64,000 nucleotides of DNA from Azolla caroliniana. Lineage: Eukaryota; Plantae; Polypodiophyta. Made by a program: the position numbers and the translations under genes. The stretch is from assembly GCA_043228905.1 (NCBI GenBank), contig JBHGNT010000010.1, positions 4,526,001 to 4,590,000 on the forward strand, given 5' to 3'. The notes under the pieces are model-generated. The model ran no database searches. It was given only the letters and a program-made list of their open reading frames with translations, and had not been told where the DNA came from. Below are positions 1 through 13,544 of this stretch, in pieces. Each line of letters opens with the position of its first letter. Within the stretch, counting starts at the first letter, position 1.

Positions 1-46
1 TGCTTTTTCCACACTCGGAAAACTTTGCCGATTAAATAAAAGCCCG

Positions 47-119
47 AATCATCATCGACATGTGCAATGAATCAATCATCGACATGTGCAATGAATCAAT
101 CATCAACATGTGCAATGAA
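47..119. repeat. 24-bp tandem repeat, ~3 copies (GAATCAATCATCGACATGTGCAAT)
   Basis: Unit read directly three times with single substitutions or indels. Confidence 0.85.
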
Positions 120-137
120 GCACCAAGCACAAGAATG

Positions 138-380
138 CTAGGGTGAAATCTTCCTCATGGAGAAGGTAGGGATGCTGCTGAAAGGTGGAGGAGCTCCAAA
201 ACTTGCGGGTGGAGGCGCAAAGCCAGTTCTGGCGGCATCACATTTTCCCGCGAGCGAATGCCCGGCTATACACGTGTGGACAGCATGGTGGATCCATCCT
301 TTCCCCAAGACTATCACCAATATCACCACTAGCAACACAAGGCAACACCCAAATTTGCACAAACTGCTGGGTAAACACAT
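138..380 (-). CDS. Possible small (80 aa) single-pass membrane protein with Pro-rich C-terminus
   Basis: ATG-initiated ORF MCLPSS... with a hydrophobic stretch (CCLVLLVVILVIVLG) and a GFAPPP/FGAPPP tail. Upstream minus-strand splice-like signals (AAG|GTATGG near 929, TTGCTTCAG near 545) and a CT-rich leader at ~1105-1135 suggest a 5'UTR intron. Homology not verified. Confidence 0.4.
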   Translation of the reverse strand: MCLPSSLCKFGCCLVLLVVILVIVLGKGWIHHAVHTCIAGHSLAGKCDAARTGFAPPPASFGAPPPFSSIPTFSMRKISP

Positions 381-628
381 CTTCCTTCCTTCCTTCCTTT
401 TTTGATCCCCTCTTTCTCTTTATATGTTGTTAGTTGGATTTTCCTGATGGAATAGTGAACCAAATTCATCAGCACACCATTTCCTTCTTCTTAAAGGTGA
501 AGAAACATGTGTGGTATGCAGGGACAGACAAGAGTGTCCACATGCTGAAGCAAGCAACATACACATTCATGGTACAGCATTACACATATGCAATCACATA
601 CCATAAGAAGAAACACATAAACACATAA

Positions 629-822
<194 letters not shown>

Positions 823-3671
823 ATTACATGATATGCATATACACGTATACATATGCAAACACACGCATACACAAGTGCATGGTTAAATATACTGAACAAG
901 GACTTGAGAAGAACGTTGGGTTTCCATACCTTGCTGGAGGAGGGGTTTTGCAAGAACTATTGTCTGAATCCAAAGCAGATGACGACTATTCTCCCACAGT
1001 ACCTATCCATGCATCATCCAAAAGCTTAGAAGACAAAGACAGAAGAGCAAGAAAAAAGCGTGACAAGACGGTTTTTGTTATTCGTTTGTTTCTTTAGACC
1101 AGTGAGCAGAGAGAGAGAGAGAGAGAGAGAAAGAAACAGAGGAAGGATTTGATTTATAGGCAAATACCCAAGTGCAGGGAAAACGCAAAACGCAAAACGC
1201 AAAAACCAAAAGAAGAAGAAGATGTACATATTTTCTTCTTCTTTTTTTCAACGGATTTTTTTGGGGGCTGTTGTTACTGAGAAACAAAACGGTATTTAAA
1301 TACATAATGATACAATTTCCTATTTGCTTAATAATAATATTTTTATTGATTGATTGATTGATTATTATTATTATTATTCCAAAAATTTATTATTATTATT
1401 AAGAAGAAGAAGGAGGAGGAGGATAGTAGTATGTAGTAGTAGTAATAATAATAATAATACATCGGAAAGGAAGGCAGGCGGCGGAATGGGCTTCGGAAGT
1501 AGTGTCTGGACTCTGAAGGTCTCCAAATGAACTCTTCTTCAGTTGCCCCCCCCCCCCCCTCTCAAAATCCTGAGAATTCCTCCACTACATTATTTGGATT
1601 TATGTTCACGTGTAGTTAAAACACTAACATACATTATTATTAGTTGTGATGTGTTGTTATCGAGTCATCGAAAACTTGTGCTTATTGGGCTCGGACAAGA
1701 AGGGTGGGTTGGGAATCATGGTGCTTACAGTACACCATTTCAAACTTGTAGTTTGGGCATGCATAACACTATGCTTTGGGCTCGCACCATGTACATGTAC
1801 GTGGATTGGGTGGAAAAGGAATGCTTGTTTATAATTGCCTAACCCTAAATCATTGCTTGATATTTGTTTCCCCCCCATTATGGAAAGGAAATGCTCGTTT
1901 ATGGTAGTTACTTTAGCAATTAAAAGGGTAGAAATTTTAACATTTCCTGTTAAAAAACGGAACAATTGGTCAAATTTACTTTTGACTTAAGACTTTTTTA
2001 GGTGATTGATAATAATAATAATGGTCTAGGTAAAAGTTTAGCATCTCGTTATTAGATTTTTCAATACAAACATATATGTATAATTAACGTTCTGGTCAAA
2101 ATTCTCCAACACCAACACATGATTCATTTACTGGGGTATAGGGGGTTAGAATTTTGTATTTTCCATTCTTAGCTACTATCACAAAATATAAATGACGCAG
2201 ATTCCAACTCGAAAGCGGAGAATACAACTTGTGTGGGTAAGACCATGAAAGTAATGTTGTTTCCTTATAGCCCCCCTACCTATCTTGGCTCATGATCAGG
2301 ATCATTTGAAGGGGTTCCAATTTTACGTGCGCAACTTTTTATGCATCAACGATGAATAGAAAAGGGTAAGTGATAGAAAGAACACCTCATTTTCACGATG
2401 AATGGGTAATATAGCCCTCGTATTTTCAATTCCCATAATACCCTTTACTTTTTCCAAAATATCTCTCTTTGTCTCTCTCTCTTTGGAAAATGTATTGTAC
2501 ACTACTAGATGCCAACATCACACTCTTTGGCCCTAGATAGAACTTGTTGCTTATTGTAGAACCACTTCCCAAGAGAAAACGAATGAATGTCGTGATTTAT
2601 GGAGAAACCTAAAGACGAAGCTTGTAGAGAGTTACGATAACATGGCTCTCACGAGCTTACACATTGGATCGTAGAAACTTTTCTCGTAGATCGAATGCGG
2701 GGAAGATGATGCGGTACCTATGCTTCTCTTTCACATGTGCCTCCCTTCTTCTTTAGTGTTGAGGATGCATGCATACTCGGGCATGCCCAGCTGAGTTAAC
2801 TTGATTCTATTAAGATGGCCTAGCTGAGGAGTTGTGCCTCGTCCGAAGGGCTCAAATCCTACAATGCCTCAACCCAACACTAGTTGTCGGACAGTTACCT
2901 CGAGAATTAGGGATCGAGTCTGGCATAGACCTTGCTTGCCTCAACCCAACACTAGTTGCTTGCATACATTATGGAGAATTAGCTGGGGCCCTTGGGCATC
3001 TCCATTAGTTGTGACCCTTAATTCTAGGCGCGAGACCCCGTGGGTCGTGCTCTCCATGTCGATCCTATTACTACTATCATCATTTCCTTGCACTATCAAT
3101 AATATTCCCCCTTTGAGTAGAATTTTTTGATATGGATTGTCCTCGTGCAGCCGGAGGAGTTCTATTTTGTCCCAAATTGGGCACCTTCTTCCCCACATGG
3201 CTTCATTCGATGGCCATTTATCTCTAGGCGGGTTGGATGTCTCATTCGTAATGTGGTTGTTTGTAGGGTCCTGGTACAATTTGTTCTGGGATTATGCACT
3301 ATATTCCATTGCATTTCTAGTAATTTGATGGAGTCCTTCCCGCTCCAAGAATTGAAGCCTAATGCACTATATTGTCAGAACTTGCTGGGCATTTTATGTT
3401 GTGCTTAATGATATACTCTGTTCCTGATGTGATTCACATTGAACTATGGACTAATTAAAGGTATTAGGTGCATTCATTGGGTATATTATTATTATATATT
3501 GAATGGGAGGAGAAGGTCTTTGTTCCAATGGTATCGTCGAGACTTAAATTTATATTTCGATGATCTTTGGATCAGATCAACACATGTGATTTCACTTATC
3601 ATTATTCCTCTTTTTTCTAACATGGTCTAGTAAGAAGTAGAAGGAATTCGATTCATCAAAATGTAGAAATT

Positions 3672-4055
3672 CGGTGGCCAATATTGGTAAAGGTTCATCG
3701 AAATGTAGAAATTAAGCTCACAATATCAAAACTAATGATCCATGGCATTCTTTGTATAATGAATGCGCTAGTCTATTTGCACGCGAAGTTACAAATGATC
3801 GTCTAGCTAGTATATTCTTGCAGGGGCCCTTACACACGAATAGCGACTGAATGCAACCTAAGAATTTTGGTAGCGAATATTGGTAAAGGTTCATCGAAAT
3901 GTAGAAATTCAGCTCACAATATCAAAACTAATGACCCATGGCATTCTTTGTATAATGAATGCGCTAGTCTATTTGCAAGCGAAGTTACAAATGATCATCT
4001 AACTAGTATATTCTTGGAGGGGCCCTTACACACGAATAGCGACTTAATGCATGCT
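3672..4055. repeat. Diverged tandem duplication, two ~195-bp copies
   Basis: AATATTGGTAAAGGTTCATCGAAATGTAGAAATT...GGGCCCTTACACACGAATAGCGACT occurs at ~3680-3848 and ~3876-4044. Confidence 0.9.
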
Positions 4056-4131
4056 AAGTGAGATGGCGGGGGCAAAACTCTTTTCGAACCAAATGGGCCA
4101 CGTTTTAAAAGGAAGGTTGTAGAAGCGATGT

Positions 4132-4638
4132 GATGAAGTGAATGAAGGAAGCCAAGGGATGATGACCATGAGGCAATATGTCGGCAAGTGGGGTAGAATT
4201 ACTACGAGAGGTGAAGATTGTGACACAATGGTGGGACTAGCTAGGCTAGACAAGTTGTACACACAACACACACAATATTATTATTGCATGTGGGGAATTA
4301 GATGAAGTGAATGAAGGAAGCCAAGGGATGATGACCATGAGGTAATATGTTGGCAAGTGGGGTAGAATTACTACGAGAGGTGAAGATTGTGACACAATGG
4401 TGGGACTAGCTAGGCTAGACAAGTTGTACACACAACACACACAATATTATTATTGCATGTGGGGAATTAGATGAAGTGAATGAAGGAAGCCAAGGGATGA
4501 TGACCATGAGGTAATATGTCGGCAAGTGGGGTAGAATTACTACGAGAGGTGAAGATTGTGACACAATGGTGGGACTAGCTAGGCTAGACAAATTGTACAC
4601 ACAACACACACAATATTATTATTGCATGTGGGGAATTA
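4132..4638. repeat. 169-bp tandem repeat, 3 near-identical copies
   Basis: GATGAAGTGAATGAAGGAAGCC starts at 4132, 4301 and 4470; the ORF track shows the same peptide three times. Confidence 0.95.
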
Positions 4639-5041
4639 TGTAGAGTAGCTGATGTGTGTGTGTGTATTTTTCATTGGTGAAACATTGACACACATTTATT
4701 GAACATATGTAGATGTAAAAGAAGAAAGAAGAAAGAAGAGATGACATTCATGACACATGGTCCATGCAAGCCCAAGGCGCATGATGCACGGGCTCCAAGA
4801 AGCAAAAGGGAAGGGGGGGGGGGGGCTTTGTTGGTCCCCTTTTTGGCCTTTCCTTTTGTCCGTTTATAGTAATAGGCCCAAAAACAAGCCATTCCAAACA
4901 AACCTCAATAAATATGTATGTATCCACTATATATATGTACATATCCATGGCTAAGAGATGATGTCTACGGTGCTTGTTTTTGCCTGGTAGAAGAAGTGCT
5001 ACTTCTATCTCATTACCCCAAAAATATCAATTCCATCCAAT

Positions 5042-6981
5042 ATGGTCTCCACCAAGTGCACACCCACCACCATATCTAACCTTGCCTCTACTTGGTTCCT
5101 AAGCAACCCCTTGGCCGCGGTTTGCACGTTCCTCATCGCCATATTCACATTCCTCCTCGGCCGGCTCCGGCTCCGGCTCCGGCTCGGCTCTCTCCCTCGA
5201 CAATGGCGGCACTCCTCAGCCCTCCCCGCGCCTTTGCCTCGCCCCCCCGGCCCCCCCGGATGGCCCCTCCTCGGTAGCTTGCCACTCCTCGCCGGCACTA
5301 ACCCCCACCAGAAGCTCGCGGAGATGGCCCAATCCTACGCCACTCCCGTGCTCGGCCTCTCCCTCGGCTCCAAGGATGCCGTCATCGTGTGCACGGCCGG
5401 CATGGCACGCGAGTTCCTCCAGAAGCACGACTCGGCCTTCTCCGACCGCCCCCGCCTCGGCATGGTCGATCACCTCCTCTATGGGCCCGAAAACATTGTC
5501 GGCTTCCAGAGCACGGGCCCCCGATGGCGACACCTCCGGCAGCTGTGGACCACACGCCTCCTCAGCCAATCCCAGCTGGCCAAGAACCGGCACGTGCGCC
5601 AGGAGGAGGTGGCCCACATGTTGGCCGCCATCTCCGCGACCACCTTGTCCGCGAAAGACATGTGTGGAACCAATGCCAATTTCGATGCCAATGCCGAGAG
5701 ACATGTGTCCGGGGCCCTCAATGTCCTCACGTGCGCGGGCCATGTGACCGGGAACATCATGGGCCGGCTCCTCCTCTCTCAACGGCTCTTCGACTCCGTC
5801 AGCCGGCCCCACCCAATCTTGTCCCTCATCGAGGACACACTGAAATTCATGTTCACCCCGCTCTTGGGCGACTTCTTGCCCTCCCTCTCGTGGCTCGACT
5901 GGTCCACCAAGCGCCGCATGTCCGCCCACCGCGACCGTGTCACTGCCTTCTTCGGCCAGATCGTGGCCGATCGTTTGAAGAAGAAGGAGAAGAAGACATC
6001 CCCTTGCTCCGTGGGCGCGCCCGAACAACCTACTACTTGTGGTGATCATGGTGACATTCTCGACATCCTACTCCAAGAATTGAGTGGCTCCCATGACTCC
6101 TTTGGATTCATCAATGGGACCTTATTGGTAATACAATCTTTAAGCTCCTTCTAAGACACTCCATTGATGATATTGAATGTCTTATATATTGCTCTCACAT
6201 GTTTGCTATACTACTTACTTAACTAACTGATTTTGGTTATATAGTTTCCACATATCACACACAATGTTTTGTTAAAAAGTCTTAAATATATGTGGCTTTA
6301 ATGTTTTTTTTGTAGGAAATGTTCATCGCAGGTGTGGACACTTCCGCAAACACGGTAACTTGGGCAATGGCCGAGTTGTTACACAATCCCGATACCATGA
6401 AGAAAGTGCAAAAGGAGTTGGAGGAGGTTGTAGGGTTAGATCGAATAGTATTGGAGTCGGATCTTCCGAAGCTTCAATATTTGAAAGCAGTGATAAAGGA
6501 GACCTTTAGGCTTCATCCTATAGCAGTGATGATGATACCCCATGTCTCAAAAGAAGATTGCAGTGTGGCAAATAAGTATTTTATTCGAGCGGATACGAGG
6601 GTTTTTGTGAACTTGTGGGCTATCGGGCGAGATCCACTTGTGTGGGGTCCTAATGCCCGTCAATTTTCACCTGAACGTTTCGAGGGTAGCCTCGTCGATG
6701 TGAAAGGACAACACTTTCAACTTCTCCCCTTTGGATCAGGTCGTCGCATGTGTCCTGGCATGGGTCAAGGACTTTTAGTAGTGGAGCTAACACTCGCCAA
6801 CCTTCTACACTCTTTTAATTGGTCCCCAATGGACACAAGCCAACCCATAGACTTGTCCGAGTCCAAGAGTTCGGCAGGATCTCTTACCCTTGCAACTCCT
6901 CTCATGGCAATTCCCTCTCTTAGATTACGAATGCCTAGCTTCCCATTCATCAAATTGGAAAAAGATGTGCATGAGTACTAG
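5042..6981 (+). CDS. Cytochrome P450, CYP71 clan (A-type); exons 5042-6127 and 6316-6981, ~583 aa
   Basis: N-terminal TM, PPGPPGWPLLGSL hinge, WRHLR C-helix, I-helix AGVDT, K-helix KETFR, PERF and heme motif PFGSGRRMCPG. One phase-0 GT..AG intron (6128-6315) just before the I-helix, the conserved A-type P450 intron position. Confidence 0.95.
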
Positions 6982-8534
6982 CGAACCATTGTGAATATCC
7001 CATGCTTTTCTTTCTCGTAGGGTTTATAGCCATGCTTTACTCAAGTAGCCCCTACACTTCGATTACTAACCTCTATTTTATGGTTGTATGTTTATATCCT
7101 TTTCGGATTCACTACATGCATTCCCACTTATATACCACCAATGTTCAATGCCTATTCAAAAACTCTTTTTTTTTTTTAATAAAGATTCACCTTGGTATTA
7201 ATGGAAAGATGCCCAAAGGTTACAAAGAACTCATACACTCATACCCACATCAACCAACATGTCGAGTAGCAAAAGCCCTCATGCATGGTCCTTCCAAGAT
7301 GGGGGCCCAGAAAAACTCTTTTTATTTGTTGAACTTATTTCTTAGAATAGTGATGAAATGACTAACTCATCAAAATAAAAGGTTCACTAAACAAACTTGC
7401 CCATACAAGGAGAGGAGTTATTAAATTAATCTAGGTTTACAAATTGGGGGACACTTAGAGGCATAATTAAGTTAATTTTTCGCGCTCGATGGTTATTTTA
7501 CAAGAATTTTGAAAACATTTGGCCATTTTTATGATTGGTTTCATAAGGATGAATTGAGTAAGTAGAATCAATATTGGCCACAAATAAACCAAATAGTGAG
7601 GGAGTTTAATGAAAAAATTCACTCTAGTTTATATCCTTTTGAGAGTTTATCCTCTAAATTTCCCAAGCCATAAAGTTTGATAAGTTGAAGAGGCTTGTTA
7701 TTTGCCTCCTTTGAAACTTATAAGTTATGGACCAAGTTCACAAGAGTTTTAGAGGGAGGATGATGGATCAAACTTTGGCAATCCCCTTCAAGCCCTTTTG
7801 ATCCTAAATTAGACATTTTTTTAATTTCTAACAAGGATTGTTAAATATTCTGTGAATATATGAAACTCTTTCTATGGGAAACCATTATTCTTGTCATCAA
7901 TAAGTATATGCGCATATAGTATACATAACTATCTCATTATCTAAAATATCTATGTTTCTCATACATTCACACATCCAATCACAAATATTTATTAGGTCAT
8001 AGACAAAAATAAGGATGCTTACTTGGAATAGACATTGGCACAAGGTGAACAAAATGATGATAAAATATAATTTACCATATATGCTAGCAAGCTCAAAAAT
8101 CTTCCAAATGCAAAGGATAGATTGCAAGCTCGATGCAATCTCATAATATTTTGTCATATGTCTAGGTACAAAATTTGTACCCTATATTATATTTACATGA
8201 TCGATAGTTGTTGGTTGGCTAGTACTGTAAGCCACATAACCCTTTTCTTGAAACCATGGTAGTAATGAAACATATAACAATATTGCCAAGAAAAAATATT
8301 TGGCATTATCAGATTTACAAGAATTTCCTATTTATATGCTCAACCACAACTCCACATCAACGTATCACACATGTGACTAATTTGTATCAGTTTTGCAAGT
8401 AGGTCATGAAAGGAGGAGATGATCTTCACAATTACATAGTGAGGAGACTATTAGCTTCTACTCCTCTCGTTGGTTCAATATTTCATTCATGACTACACTT
8501 TAAGTTCATGGTGATGTGTTTATATGAACAAATA

Positions 8535-9866
8535 TGTTACGAGCATGACCATATAATATCCCGTGGTGAGAATTTACTATAGTATTCTATACAAAATAAG
8601 TGTGAGGGTTAAACGAGAATGTAAAGAAGGGGAGGATTACTTTTAATCCTCGGGATTGAGACAACCCATTAGGCCAAGTGTGAACTTGCATGGGGGCCTT
8701 GGGTCTCACTATAAATATGAGGCCTAACTACCCTCATTTCATCATCTCTAGACTACGTCGAGTTGTACCTGGTGCTGGCGCACTCGCTACAAGAGTTGAC
8801 CCACCACGAAACACTCACGAGCCCCGATTGATGTTAATATACATCATGATGAGTTGCGAAGTATGCAAAACTTTCTTTGGGATATGCAAGATATGTTGGA
8901 TATTGCACGAGATAATATAAAAACAGCTCAAGATAGAGCGCGTTTTTACGCCGATCATAATAGGCAACCTCGTGTATTCAACCCTGGACAAAAGGTATTT
9001 TTACGTGTACCTCACAATTCTAAGTCATTGTCTACAGGTAAGTGTGTTAAGTTAGCCCCACGGTTTTGTGAACCTTTTCAAGTCCTCAAACGCATTGGTT
9101 CATCAGCCTATTGTCTTGCTCTTCCCGATGGCGTTGAAATTCATCCAGTTTTTCATGTAAGTCGTCTAAAAGAACTTCTAGGTTCTGGCGACAATACAGT
9201 TACAACTGAAACTCTGGTTACTTCTGAAGAATTATCTTCTAAACCACATGTACCAGAAAGAATTCTCGATATTAAAACAAAAAGTCTGCGTACTAAAATA
9301 ATCCGAGAATTGAAAATTAAATGGATGGATAAATCTATCAAAGATGCCACATGGGAACGCGAAAATACTCTTAGAACTAACTTCCCTAACTTTGCATTGC
9401 AAGAGTGAAATGTTTTAAAGAAGGGGAAGTATATTAGGGGCATGACCATATAATATCCCGTGGTGAGAATTTACCGTAGTATTCTATACACGTGGATAAG
9501 TGTGAGGGTCAAACGAGAGTGTAAAGAAGGGGAGGATTACTTCTAATCATCGGGATTGAGACAACCCATTAGGCCAAGTGTGAACTTGCCTGGGGGCCTT
9601 GGGTCTCGCTATAAATAGGAGGCCTAACTATCCTCAATTGACACATTATTGACTACGTCGAGACTCTAAAATTGTGGTGCGTCAACTCTTGTAGCGAGCG
9701 CGCCAGCACCAGGTACGACTTGACGCAACAATGGTGGTATGGGACGTCGATCGAGGCTCGAGTCCGTCTTGATCCTTGCGGTCGGGGGTGGTCGGGTGGA
9801 TCGACACCCTTCTTTCTCTCTCACCTTTCTTACAATCTATCTCTATTATCCTTATCATATGCTTAC
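8535..9866 (+). mobile_element. Internally deleted Ty3/Gypsy chromovirus remnant: LTR (8535-~8810), integrase C-terminus/chromodomain ORF (8854-9408), PPT, LTR (9432-~9866)
   Basis: Two similar LTR copies (CATGACCATATAATATCCCGTGGTGAGAATTTAC...). The ORF has KLAPRFCEPF (GPY/F), IHPVFHVSRLK and chromodomain PERILD...IKW...DATWE. PPT AAGAAGGGGAAG lies before the second LTR. Right end approximate; no TSD found. Confidence 0.8.
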
Positions 9867-12800
9867 ATTAGATCATAGCTCTAACAAGATGTGTGGAAGA
9901 ATATGTATGAGGACCTTCAAGAGATGTACAACAAACAACACAAATGTAAAACAAGAAGAGACTCGACAGAGGCTGACACAGTTCTGAGCTTCAATGGAAG
10001 TTCTTATTCTATTTGTTTGCAACTCTTACTCTCCTAGTATATCTTTACAATGTTATGGTTGGGCTTATATACTCAAGCCCTAACTCAAAGACGTGTTCAC
10101 ACTTAAGATACAAAGTGGAAGGAGTTGCCCTTTTATGCCAACGAACTCCCTTGTAAAAGGGCTACTCTTTCCTATGTATACAAGTACTTGGGGTTATCTC
10201 CCCATGAACCTAGATTACCGAACTAATCTATTGTTACAAGTATACATGTAAGGCTGTTGGCATTTAACTGAATCTGCAAAAGGTAAAGTCGGGTTCTAGC
10301 CTTATTTGGCTAGTTATCCGGATCAGCTTGTTTGAGTTGGTTGGATCGACTAGTTTGAGTCAGGTTGTGTCTGAATCGACTTGCTCTCTTGCCTCCCACT
10401 TGCGCTTGCTCTTGTGATCCTCACTGGCTCCTCAATCTGTTTGTAGGTACATTCGTTCCCCCATCGTTTCCTCTCTAGTCGGTATCGCTTAGTGATGCTT
10501 CTTTAGCCTCATGGCATTCCGATTCTTTTGTCTAATTAGGCCAGTCTTTGACTTACCTTCTTCTCCTCGTTCGGCTTTCTTTTGCTTGATTGATTGTAGT
10601 AGTCCCATCATTGTCCTTAGTGCTCCGAAGCGTTGTTCTGGGAGTGGCTTCGTCAGGAAATCAACGATGTTCACCTCGGTGTTGATCTTCTAGATTTCAA
10701 GCTTCTTGTCTGTTACAAGATCCTGGATATGATGAAACCGTACCTCAATGTGTTTCTTCTTGAGGTGCATTGTGCTCTAAGAGTTGCAATAGATGTTCGG
10801 CGGTGGATGATCTATTCGTCTTGCCGCCGAAAAGTCGGCTGACAGTCGGTGTAGCTAGATGGCTTCCTTCGCTGCCTCTGATAATGCTATGTACTCAACG
10901 TTTGTGGTGGAAAGGGTCGTGCAATCTTGAATCTTTGATCTCCATGATAGGCACCACTACCATAGGTGAAAAGGTAGCCTGATGTCAACTTCCGATTATA
11001 CGTGTTTCCGGCATAGTCGGAGTCAGTATAGCCTTTGTCTTCAGTCAGCTTGTGTGCTCTAAAAGTCAATTGTGCATCCCCCGTTTCTTTCAGATACCTA
11101 AAGATGTGCTTGATAGCCTCCCAATGCTTTTCTCCTAGGTTTGACATGTACCCATTGACAACCCCTACGACATATGGAAGGTCGGGTTGGGTCGCCACCA
11201 TAGCGTAAATGATACTTCTTATGGCCGATGCATAGGGTATCTTCCTATTGAGCTCTCTCTCCTCATTCGTCGAAGGAGAGTCTCTGTTCGACAGTAGGAT
11301 TTGCGTTCTCCATGTTGAAGTGTTTCAACACCTTTCGAATGCAGTCAGACTGGGAGAGCCAGAGAGTCTTTGTCTTCCGATTTTACTCGATCCTCATGCC
11401 CACTATGTGTCAAGCTTGTCCTAGTCCCTTCATTGCGAACTTGTTGTGAAGGCTCTGCTTTATCTTTTCGATCTCTTCTCGATTGCTCCCTGCAATGAGC
11501 ATGTCATCGACGTATAGGATCAGATCGATCCGGGACTTACGGCTAGTTGCCGAATATACATGCATGGGTCAGAGTCGGACTGGTGGTAGCCAAGCTGCCG
11601 GATGTAGGAGTTGAACTTCTGGTACCACATTCTTGGCCTTTGTTTTAAGCCATAACGGCTTTTCTTCAAATAACATACGAGGTGACCTTCCTCCCCCATC
11701 GTCGTGAAGCTTTTCGGTTGCGACATGTAGATGTCTTCTTCCAAATCTCCGTGTAGGAATGTCGTCTTGACGTCCAACTGCTCGAGCTCTAGGTCTTCAG
11801 TTGCCACGATTCCAAGTAGGAGCCGAAGGACCGTGGTCATCTTGACTGCTCGTGAGAATATCTCGTCGTAGTCGACCCCATGTTCTTGTTTGAAACCCTT
11901 TGCTACGATCTGAGCTTTGTATTTGGGTTTCTTTGAGACAGATACATATTTGTATTTGAAGACTCATTTGCAGGGCAACGACTTCCTTCTAACTAGTAGT
12001 TTAACCAACTCCCATCATTGTCTGATTTTGATGAATAGAGTCCATCTCCGATTTCATGGCTTGTCGCCATGTGTCGGAGTCTAGCGCGGGTATAACTTCT
12101 TCGTAAGAGCTTGATTCGCCTGCGTCCGTGTAGTTGACAAAGTCGAGGCCTACTTGATAGAACTCTGTCGGCCTTCGGACTTGTCTAGATCTCTTGGGTG
12201 TTGATTTTGTTGGTTCAATTTCTTCAATCAGCCCGGTCGACCGATCGGTATTAATTGAGGAGTCTTGAGAAGTCTTGTTGGATGACTTGCCCCTACAATA
12301 GGATTTCGGCGATGTCGAGTCGTTCTCCCCTGCTTCGGGATTGATTGACAAATTGGTTGGTGCCTTGGTCAGTTTTGTGCGACCTTTTGGTGCCTTGGCC
12401 TAGTTGGGTGATTTGGTCATTTTGACTCTATCTCTTTCACCTCTTGTCAATCCCTAAGTCGAATCTATTTCGATTAGTGGACCTTTTGTCGATGCGGATT
12501 TGGCAGAGTAATCGTTGGCTTGGTTTCTTTCGACTGTTTGTCGAATCGCCAGTTCGGCCCAATGGGTTGGTCCTTCTACGACATCTCTGTCAATTTCGAA
12601 GGAAACCTTTTTGTTGACAAATTTTTGCTGCTTCCACAAAGAGACAATCAAGTCTTCATTGAAGACTACGTTACTACTCAAGATCAGTTTCTGGTTTCTA
12701 GGTCCCACACTTGTAGCCGAATTCCCCATTGGTTCCATAACCGAGAAATATGCATTTTGTTGCATGGGGTGCCAACTTGGTCCTTTTCTCCCTGGGGGAT

Positions 12801-13366
12801 GAATGCATAGGCTTCACATCTCAACATACGAAGGCTATCATAGGTCGGTTGTTTGCTTGACCATACTGCTTGTGGCACTTTGAGCCGCATTACTGTAAAG
12901 TTTTGACGCTATCAAATCTTTCGCCTCTCGGCCACAACCGAGACAACACGGATCAATGCAGCAGAAAAATAAAAACAAAGACACAGAGAGATGAATACAC
13001 AGGGTATAACGTGGAAAACCCTAAACGGGAAAAACCATGGGAGTGCACGACTCCAACTACCACTATACACTGGAATATACAATGGCGAGCTGCAAGGCGA
13101 CGACCTTGAGCTCGCTGTCCTCGCCACAGGCGGCGGTATTACACAGAGGCGTCGACCTCTTCGTTTCTCTCTCTCTCTCTCTCGGCTGCTCTCACTTCGC
13201 TCCCTCTAAGTGGAAAAACAGACAATGAGCAACAACATAAAACTGTTTGCCCTAAGTCATATTTATACACATATGACTTTCGGGCTATTTACAAATATAG
13301 CCTCAAGGGCTCTTGGCAAACATATTCACAAATATGTCTCCGCATCCGGATCTCTCTCCGGGTACA

Positions 13367-13473
13367 TTCATCATCCGGTTCCGTAACCGGGGTCTTCATC
13401 ATCCGGCTCCGTAACCGGGGTCTTCATCATCCGGTTCCGTAACCGGGGTCTTCATCATCCGGTTCCGTAACCG
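13367..13473. repeat. 28-bp tandem repeat x4 in the Copia LTR U3 (second copy at ~18126-18232)
   Basis: Unit TTCATCATCCGGTTCCGTAACCGGGGTC with internal inverted repeat CCGGTT..AACCGG; it lies upstream of the minus-strand TATA (TGTATAAAT, ~13261-13269). Confidence 0.92.
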
Positions 13474-13544
13474 CAACCGGGCTTGCCGTCATTCATCTCC
13501 GGACATCCCATCCGGAGGGACCGTAATCCCAACAAACTCCCCCT

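Noticed and set aside
2834-3408. Overlapping ORFs and a 22-bp direct repeat (TGCCTCAACCCAACACTAGTTG) suggesting a LINE remnant
   Set aside because: No convincing domain motif, tail or TSD could be established.
13367-13473. 28-bp palindromic repeats resembling a CRISPR array
   Set aside because: No spacers and no cas genes; eukaryotic LTR context.
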